16,569 nucleotides of DNA, from IMG/VR virus record IMGVR_UViG_2541047943_000001, one strand, 5' to 3'. The stretch is from a virus. Lineage: Duplodnaviria > Heunggongvirae > Uroviricota > Caudoviricetes. Positions 10,950-16,569 of this stretch are shown here, piece after piece (position 1 is the first letter of the stretch; the number at the start of each line of letters is the position of its first letter). The translations under genes and the position numbers were made by a program. The notes below the pieces were generated by a model, which did not search any database, was not told where the DNA came from, and saw only the letters and a list, made by a program, of their open reading frames with translations.

Positions 10950-13521
10950 ACCGGTAGGCGATCTGGTCGTTGATTTGAGTCTGGATGCGGCCAGATTTGA
11001 CGAGCAGATGGCCAGAGTCAGGCGTCATTTTTCCGGTACGGAAACTGATGCGAAAAAAACAGCGGCAGTCGTTGAACAGTCGCTGAGCCGACAGGCGCTG
11101 GCTGCACAGAAAGCGGGGATTTCCGTCGGGCAGTATAAAGCCGCCATGCGTATGCTGCCTGCACAGTTCACCGACGTGGCCACGCAGCTTGCAGGCGGGC
11201 AAAGTCCGTGGCTGATCCTGCTGCAACAGGGTGGTCAGGTTAAGGACTCCTTCGGCGGGATGATCCCCATGTTCAGGGGGCTTGCCGGTGCGATCACCCT
11301 GCCGATGGTGGGGGCCACCTCGCTGGCGGTGGCGACCGGTGCGCTGGCGTATGCCTGGTATCAGGGCAACTCAACCCTGTCCGATTTCAACAAAACGCTG
11401 GTCCTTTCCGGCAATCAGGCGGGACTGACGGCAGATCGTATTCTGGCCCTGTCCAGAGCCGGGCAGGCGGCAGGGCTGACGTTTAACCAGACCAGCGAGT
11501 CACTGACGGCGCTGGTGAATGCCGGTGTGCGTGGTGGTGAGCAGTTTGAGGCGATCAGCCAGAGTGTGGCGCGTTTCTCCTCTGCATCCGGCGTGGAGGT
11601 GGACAAGGTCGCTGAAGCCTTCGGGAAGCTGACCACAGACCCGACGTCGGGACTGACAGCGATGGCACGTCAGTTCCATAACGTGACGGCGGAGCAGATT
11701 GCGTATGTTGCTCAGTTGCAGCGTTCCGGAGATGAAGCCGGGGCATTGCAGGCGGCGAACGAGGCCGCAACGAAAGGGTTTGATGACCAGACCCGCCGCC
11801 TGAAAGAGAACATGGGCACGCTGGAGACCTGGGCAGACAGGACAGCACGGGCATTCAAATCCATGTGGGATTCGGTGCTGGATATTGGTCGCCCGGACAC
11901 TGCCCAGGGAATGCTGGAGAAAGCAGAAAAGGCTTTTGATGAGGCGGACAAAAAATGGCAGTGGTATCAGAGCCGGAGCCACCGGCGCGGTAAAACCTCA
12001 GCATTTCTTGCCAATCTCCGGGGAGCATGGGAGGACAGAGCGAATGCGCAACTTGGGCTTTCAGCCGCCACGTTGCAGGCCGATCTTGAAAAGGCCAGAG
12101 AGATGGCAGCAAAGGACTGGGCCGAGTCTGAGGCATCACGGCTGAAATATACCGAAGAGGCGCAGAAGGCTTACGAACGCCTGCAGACGCCGCTGGAGAA
12201 ATATACCGCCCGTCAGGAAGAACTGAACAAGGCACTGAAAGACGGGAAAATCCTGCAGGCAGATTACAACACGCTGATGGCGGCGGCGAAAAAGGATTAT
12301 GAAGCGACGCTGAAAAAGCCGAAACAGTCCGGCGTGAAAGTGTCTGCGGGCGATCGTCAGGAAGACAGTGCTCATGCTGCCCTGCTGACGCTTCAGGCTG
12401 AACTCCGGACGCTGGAGAAGCATGCCGGAGCAAATGAGAAAATCAGCCAGCAGCGCCGGGATTTGTGGAAGGCGGAGAGTCAGTTCGCGGTACTGGAGGA
12501 GGCGGCGCAACGTCGCCAGCTGTCCGCACAGGAGAAATCCCTGCTGGCGCATAAAGATGAGACGCTGGAGTACAAACGCCAGCTGGCTGCACTTGGCGAC
12601 AAGGTTACGTATCAGGAGCGCCTGAACGCGCTGGCGCAGCAGGCGGATAAGTTCGCACAGCAACAACGGGCAAAACGGGCAGCCATTGAGGCGAAAAACC
12701 GGGGGCTTACTGACCGGCAGGCAGCGCGGGAAGCCACAGAACAGCGCCTGAAGGAACAGTATGGCGATAATTCGCTGGCGCTGAATAACGTCATGTCAGA
12801 GCAGAAAAAGACCTGGGCGGCTGAAGACCAGCTTCGTGGGAGCTGGATGGCAGGCCTCAGGTCCGGCTGGAGTGAGTGGGAAGAGAGCGCCACGGACAGT
12901 ATGTCGCAGGTTAAAAGTGCAGCCACGCAGACCTTTGATGGTATTGCGCAGAATATGGCGGCGATGCTGACCGGCAGTGAGCAGAACTGGCGCAGCTTCA
13001 CCCGTTCCGTGCTGTCCATGATGACAGAAATTCTGCTTAAGCAGGCAATGGTGGGGATTGTCGGGAGTATCGGTAGCGCCATTGGCGGGGCTGTTGGTGG
13101 CGGCGCATCCGCATCAGGCGGTACAGCCATTCAGGCAGCTGCGGCGAAATTCCATTTTGCAACCGGAGGATTTACGGGAACCGGCGGCAAATATGAGCCA
13201 GCGGGGATTGTTCACCGTGGTGAATTTGTCTTCACGAAGGAGGCAACCAGCCGGATTGGTGTCGGCAACCTGTACCGCCTGATGCGGGGCTATGCGGAAG
13301 GTGGTTATGTGGGCGGTGCCGGAAGTCCGGCGCAGATGCGGCGGGCTGAAAGCATTAATTTTAATCAGAACAATCACGTGGTGATTCAGAACGACGGTAC
13401 GAATGGTCTGCCAGGTCCACAGATGATGAAGGCAGTGTATGACATGGCCCGCAAAGGTGCCCGTGATGAAATTCAGGCACAGATGCGCGATGGTGGTCTG
13501 TTCTCCGGAGGTGAACGATGA
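10942..13521 (+). CDS. H: tail tape measure protein gpH
   Basis: 859-aa ORF, largely alpha-helical and coiled-coil with a Gly-rich C-terminal region (GIVGSIGSAIGGAVGGGASASGG). N-terminus MAEPVGDLVVDLSLDAARFDEQMARVRRHFSG as in lambda gpH. It is about 6 residues longer than lambda gpH (853 aa, recalled). Confidence 0.95.
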   Translation: MAEPVGDLVVDLSLDAARFDEQMARVRRHFSGTETDAKKTAAVVEQSLSRQALAAQKAGISVGQYKAAMRMLPAQFTDVATQLAGGQSPWLILLQQGGQVKDSFGGMIPMFRGLAGAITLPMVGATSLAVATGALAYAWYQGNSTLSDFNKTLVLSGNQAGLTADRILALSRAGQAAGLTFNQTSESLTALVNAGVRGGEQFEAISQSVARFSSASGVEVDKVAEAFGKLTTDPTSGLTAMARQFHNVTAEQIAYVAQLQRSGDEAGALQAANEAATKGFDDQTRRLKENMGTLETWADRTARAFKSMWDSVLDIGRPDTAQGMLEKAEKAFDEADKKWQWYQSRSHRRGKTSAFLANLRGAWEDRANAQLGLSAATLQADLEKAREMAAKDWAESEASRLKYTEEAQKAYERLQTPLEKYTARQEELNKALKDGKILQADYNTLMAAAKKDYEATLKKPKQSGVKVSAGDRQEDSAHAALLTLQAELRTLEKHAGANEKISQQRRDLWKAESQFAVLEEAAQRRQLSAQEKSLLAHKDETLEYKRQLAALGDKVTYQERLNALAQQADKFAQQQRAKRAAIEAKNRGLTDRQAAREATEQRLKEQYGDNSLALNNVMSEQKKTWAAEDQLRGSWMAGLRSGWSEWEESATDSMSQVKSAATQTFDGIAQNMAAMLTGSEQNWRSFTRSVLSMMTEILLKQAMVGIVGSIGSAIGGAVGGGASASGGTAIQAAAAKFHFATGGFTGTGGKYEPAGIVHRGEFVFTKEATSRIGVGNLYRLMRGYAEGGYVGGAGSPAQMRRAESINFNQNNHVVIQNDGTNGLPGPQMMKAVYDMARKGARDEIQAQMRDGGLFSGGER

Positions 13522-13847
13522 AGACCTTCCGCTGGAAAGTGAAACCCGGTATGGATGTGGCTTCGGCCCCTTCCGTCAGGAAAGTGCGCTTTGGTGATGG
13601 CTGTTCCCAGCGAGCGCCTGCCGGGCTGAATGCCAACCTGAAAACGTACAGCGTGACGCTTTCTGTCCCCCGTGAGGAGGCCACGGTACTGGAGTCGTTT
13701 CTGGAAGAGCACGGGGGCTGGAAAGCCTTTCTGTGGACGCCGCCTTATGAGTGGCGGCAGATAAAGGTGACCTGCGCAAAATGGTCGTCGCGGGTCAGTA
13801 TGCTGCGTGTTGAGTTCAGCGCAGAGTTTGAACAGGTGGTGAACTGA
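13518..13847 (+). CDS. M: tail tip protein gpM
   Basis: 109-aa ORF MKTFRWKVKPGMDVASAPSVRKVRFGDGCSQRAPAGLNANLKTYSVTLSV... matches lambda gpM. ATGA overlap with the H stop. Confidence 0.95.
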   Translation: MKTFRWKVKPGMDVASAPSVRKVRFGDGCSQRAPAGLNANLKTYSVTLSVPREEATVLESFLEEHGGWKAFLWTPPYEWRQIKVTCAKWSSRVSMLRVEFSAEFEQVVN

Positions 13848-14545
13848 TGCAGGATATCCGGCAGGAAACACTGAATGAATGCACCCGTGCGGAGCAGTCG
13901 GCCAGCGTGGTGCTCTGGGAAATCGACCTGACAGAGGTCGGTGGAGAACGTTATTTTTTCTGTAATGAGCAGAACGAAAAAGGTGAGCCGGTCACCTGGC
14001 AGGGGCGACAGTATCAGCCGTATCCCATTCAGGGGAGTGGTTTTGAACTGAATGGCAAAGGCACCAGTACGCGCCCCACGCTGACGGTTTCTAACCTGTA
14101 CGGTATGGTCACCGGGATGGCGGAAGATATGCAGAGTCTGGTCGGCGGAACGGTGGTCCGGCGTAAGGTTTACGCCCGTTTTCTGGATGCGGTGAACTTC
14201 GTCAACGGAAACAGTGACGCCGATCCGGAGCAGGAGGTGATCAGCCGTTGGCGCATTGAGCAGTGCAGCGAACTGAGCGCGGCGAGTGCCTCTTTTGTAC
14301 TGTCCACGCCGACGGAAACGGACGGCGCTGTTTTTCCGGGACGTATCATGCTGGCCAACACCTGCACCTGGACCTATCGCGGCGATGAGTGCGGTTATCA
14401 CGGTCCGGCTGTCGCGGATGAATATGACCAGCCAACGTCCGATATCACGAAGGATAAATGCAGCAAATGCCTGAGCGGTTGTAAGTTCCGCAATAACGTC
14501 GGCAACTTTGGCGGCTTCCTTTCCATTAACAAACTTTCGCAGTAA
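13847..14545 (+). CDS. L: tail tip protein gpL (C-terminal Cys cluster consistent with the reported Fe-S site)
   Basis: 232-aa ORF MQDIRQETLNECTRAEQSASVVLWEIDLTEVGGERYFFCNEQNEKGEP... matches lambda gpL. C-terminal cysteines occur in ...CTWTYRGDECGYHG...CSKCLSGCKFRNN. Confidence 0.95.
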   Translation: MQDIRQETLNECTRAEQSASVVLWEIDLTEVGGERYFFCNEQNEKGEPVTWQGRQYQPYPIQGSGFELNGKGTSTRPTLTVSNLYGMVTGMAEDMQSLVGGTVVRRKVYARFLDAVNFVNGNSDADPEQEVISRWRIEQCSELSAASASFVLSTPTETDGAVFPGRIMLANTCTWTYRGDECGYHGPAVADEYDQPTSDITKDKCSKCLSGCKFRNNVGNFGGFLSINKLSQ

Positions 14546-14549
14546 TCCC

Positions 14550-15293
14550 ATGACAGAGACAGAATCAGCGATTCTGGCGCACGCCCGGCGATGTGCGCCA
14601 GCGGAGTCGTGCGGCTTCGTGGTAAGCACGCCGGAGGGGGAAAGATATTTCCCCTGCGTGAATATTTCCGGTGAGCCGGAGGATTATTTCCGGATGGCTC
14701 CGGAGGACTGGCTGCAGGCAGAGATGCAGGGTGAGATTGTGGCACTGGTCCACAGCCACCCCGGTGGTCTGCCCTGGCTGAGTGAGGCCGACCGGCGGCT
14801 GCAGGTGCAGAGTGATTTGCCGTGGTGGCTGGTCTGCCGGGGGGCGATTCACAAGTTCCGCTGTGTGCCACATCTTACCGGGCGTCGCTTTGAGCACGGG
14901 GTGACGGACTGTTACACGCTGTTCCGGGATGCTTATCATCTGGCGGGGATTGAGATGCCGGATTTTCATCGCGGGGATGACTGGTGGCGTAACGGTCAGA
15001 ATCTCTATCTTGGCAATATGGAGGCGACTGGTTTTTACCGTGTCGCACTGACAGAGGCGCAGCCTGGCGACGTGCTGCTGTGCTGCTTTGGTTCATCGGT
15101 GCCGAATCATGCCGCAATTTACTGCGGCGACGGCGAGCTGCTGCACCATATTCCTGAACAACTGAGTAAACGAGAGAGGTATACCGACAAATGGCAGCGA
15201 CGCACACACTCCCTCTGGCGTCACCGGGCATGGCACGCATCTGCCTTTACGGGGATTTGCAACGATTTGGCCGCCGCATCGACCTTCGTGTGA
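14550..15293 (+). CDS. K: tail tip assembly protein gpK (N-terminal MPN/JAMM-like motif, C-terminal NlpC/P60-like domain)
   Basis: Open frame from ATG 14550 (MTETESAILAHARRCAPAESCGFVVSTPEGERYF...). It contains the JAMM-type EMQGEIVALVHSHPGGLPWLSEAD motif and an NlpC/P60-like C-terminal part with conserved Cys/His. The alternative, older lambda-style start is ATG 14694 (MAPEDWLQ...), giving 199 aa. The 3' end overlaps gene I by about 100 nt, as in lambda. Confidence 0.85.
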   Translation: MTETESAILAHARRCAPAESCGFVVSTPEGERYFPCVNISGEPEDYFRMAPEDWLQAEMQGEIVALVHSHPGGLPWLSEADRRLQVQSDLPWWLVCRGAIHKFRCVPHLTGRRFEHGVTDCYTLFRDAYHLAGIEMPDFHRGDDWWRNGQNLYLGNMEATGFYRVALTEAQPGDVLLCCFGSSVPNHAAIYCGDGELLHHIPEQLSKRERYTDKWQRRTHSLWRHRAWHASAFTGICNDLAAASTFV

Positions 15294-15862
15294 AAACGGG
15301 GGCTGAAGCCATCCGCGCACTGGCCACACAGCTCCCGGCGTTTCGTCAGAAACTGAGCGACGGCTGGTATCAGGTACGGATTGCCGGGCGGGACGTCAGC
15401 ACGTCCGGGTTAACGGCGCAGTTACATGAGACTCTGCCTGACGGCGCTGTGATTCATATTGTTCCCAGAGTCGCCGGGGCCAAGTCAGGGGGCGTATTCC
15501 AGATTGTTCTGGGGGCTGCCGCCATTGCCGGATCATTCTTTACTGCCGGAGCCACTCTTGCAGCATGGGGGGCAGCCATTGGGGCCGGTGGTATGACCGG
15601 TATCCTGTTTTCTCTCGGTGCCAGTATGGTACTTGGTGGTGTGGCGCAGATGCTGGCACCGAAAGCCAGGACGCCCACGGCAGCAAGTACAGATAACGGC
15701 AAACAGAACACCTATTTCTCCTCACTGGATAACATGGTTGCCCAGGGCAATGTTCTGCCCGTTCTGTACGGTGAAATGCGCGTGGGGTCGCGGGTGGTCT
15801 CTCAGGAGATCAGCACGGCAGACGAAGGGGATGGTGGTCAGGTTGTGGTGATTGGTCGCTGA
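15191..15862 (+). CDS. I: tail tip assembly protein gpI
   Basis: 223-aa ORF MAATHTLPLASPGMARICLYGDLQRFGRRIDLRVKTGAEAIRALATQLPAFRQ..., with a ubiquitin-like N-terminal part and a Gly/Ala-rich hydrophobic C-terminal part. Matches lambda gpI. Confidence 0.94.
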   Translation: MAATHTLPLASPGMARICLYGDLQRFGRRIDLRVKTGAEAIRALATQLPAFRQKLSDGWYQVRIAGRDVSTSGLTAQLHETLPDGAVIHIVPRVAGAKSGGVFQIVLGAAAIAGSFFTAGATLAAWGAAIGAGGMTGILFSLGASMVLGGVAQMLAPKARTPTAASTDNGKQNTYFSSLDNMVAQGNVLPVLYGEMRVGSRVVSQEISTADEGDGGQVVVIGR

Positions 15863-15880
15863 TGCAAAACATTTTATGTG

Positions 15881-15905
15881 AAACCGCCTGCGGGCGGTTT
15901 TGTCG
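15881..15905 (+). terminator. intergenic stem-loop (aaaccgcc-tgcg-ggcggttt) between I and J
   Basis: Perfect 8-bp inverted repeat with a 4-nt loop, ending in T residues, 18 nt downstream of the I stop and 18 nt upstream of the J start. Confidence 0.4.
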
Positions 15906-15922
15906 TTTATGGAGCGTGACGA

Positions 15923-16569
15923 ATGGGTAAAGGCAGCAGTAAGGGGCATACCCCGCGCGAAGCGAAGGACAACCTGAAGTCCACGCAGCTGCTGAGTGTG
16001 ATCGATGTCATCAGCGAAGGGCCGATTGAAGGTCCGGTGGATGGATTAAAAAGCGTGCTGCTGAACAGTACGCCGGTGCTGGACAGTGAGGGGAATACCA
16101 ATATCTCCGGCGTCACGGTGGTGTTCCGGGCAGGTGAGCAGGAGCAGACGCCGCCGGAGGGCTTTGAATCCTCCGGTTCCGAGACGGTGCTGGGTACGGA
16201 AGTGAAATACGACACGCCGATTACCCGGACCATCACGTCTGCAAACATCGACCGTCTGCGCTTTACCTTCGGTGTGCAGGCACTGGTGGAAACCACCTCA
16301 AAGGGGGACCGGAATCCGTCGGAAGTCCGCCTGCTGGTTCAGATACAACGTAACGGTGGCTGGGTGACGGAAAAAGACATCACCATTAAAGGCAAAACCA
16401 CCTCACAGTATCTGGCATCGGTGGTGGTGGGTAACCTGCCGCCGCGCCCGTTCAATATCCGGATGCGCAGGATGACGCCGGACAGCACCACAGATCAGCT
16501 GCAGAACAAAACGCTCTGGTCGTCATACACCGAAATCATCGATGTGAAACAGTGCTACCCGAACACGGC
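15923..16569 (+). CDS. J: central tail fibre / host-specificity protein gpJ, 5' part only (runs off the window)
   Basis: ATG at 15923 opens a frame with no stop to the window end: MGKGSSKGHTPREAKDNLKSTQLLSVIDVISEGPIEGPVDGLKSVLLNSTPVLDSEGNTNISGVTVVFRAGEQEQTPPEGFESSGSETVLGTEVKYDTPITRTITSANIDRLRFTFGVQ..., which is the lambda gpJ N-terminus. It is absent from the ORF track only because it has no stop. Confidence 0.93.
   Translation, partial: MGKGSSKGHTPREAKDNLKSTQLLSVIDVISEGPIEGPVDGLKSVLLNSTPVLDSEGNTNISGVTVVFRAGEQEQTPPEGFESSGSETVLGTEVKYDTPITRTITSANIDRLRFTFGVQALVETTSKGDRNPSEVRLLVQIQRNGGWVTEKDITIKGKTTSQYLASVVVGNLPPRPFNIRMRRMTPDSTTDQLQNKTLWSSYTEIIDVKQCYPNT

Noticed and set aside
11500-13130. Several long minus-strand ORFs (160, 192, 176 and 172 aa) inside the tape measure gene H
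   Set aside because: Antisense to H, with low-complexity Arg/Pro/Ser-rich translations typical of the reverse strand of a GC-rich, repeat-like coiled-coil gene. No independent evidence of coding.
13058-13150. Gly/Ala/Ser-rich low-complexity stretch in H as a possible separate repeat element
   Set aside because: It is in frame within gpH and corresponds to the Gly-rich C-terminal region typical of lambda-type tape measure proteins, not an independent repeat or gene.
13745-14629. 294-aa minus-strand ORF spanning M, L and the start of K
   Set aside because: It overlaps three conserved lambda genes on the opposite strand and its translation shows no recognisable domain. The size is striking but no nested antisense gene is known here.

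Overview
This window is the lysis-to-tail section of a lambda-family, cos-packaging siphovirus prophage, almost certainly enterobacterial, read across the joined cohesive ends. It runs from the end of the lysis cassette (Rz with embedded Rz1), through a short low-GC accessory region on the opposite strand, an intact cos site (cosQ/cosN/cosB), and then the complete lambda-type head and tail operon on the + strand: nu1, A, W, B, C/nu3, D, E, FI, FII, Z, U, V, G/G-T, H, M, L, K, I and the 5' part of J. Gene order, overlaps, nested genes and the G-T slippery site all match lambda. Comparisons to lambda rely on recalled lambda sequence and coordinates, not a database search. The main anomaly is the terminase large-subunit gene A: it is a 216-codon open frame where lambda has 641 codons, consistent with a 1275-bp in-frame internal deletion that removes the ATPase and nuclease core. 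Every other morphogenetic gene is full length, so the element looks like a packaging-defective but otherwise intact prophage. The second point of interest is the Rz-to-cos accessory region: bor appears to be absent, and a ribbon-helix-helix gene sits directly upstream of a low-GC 136-141 aa gene of unknown function. No tRNA, rRNA, CRISPR array, integrase or transposase is visible. Apart from that accessory pair, I did not find an unrecognised multi-gene system.
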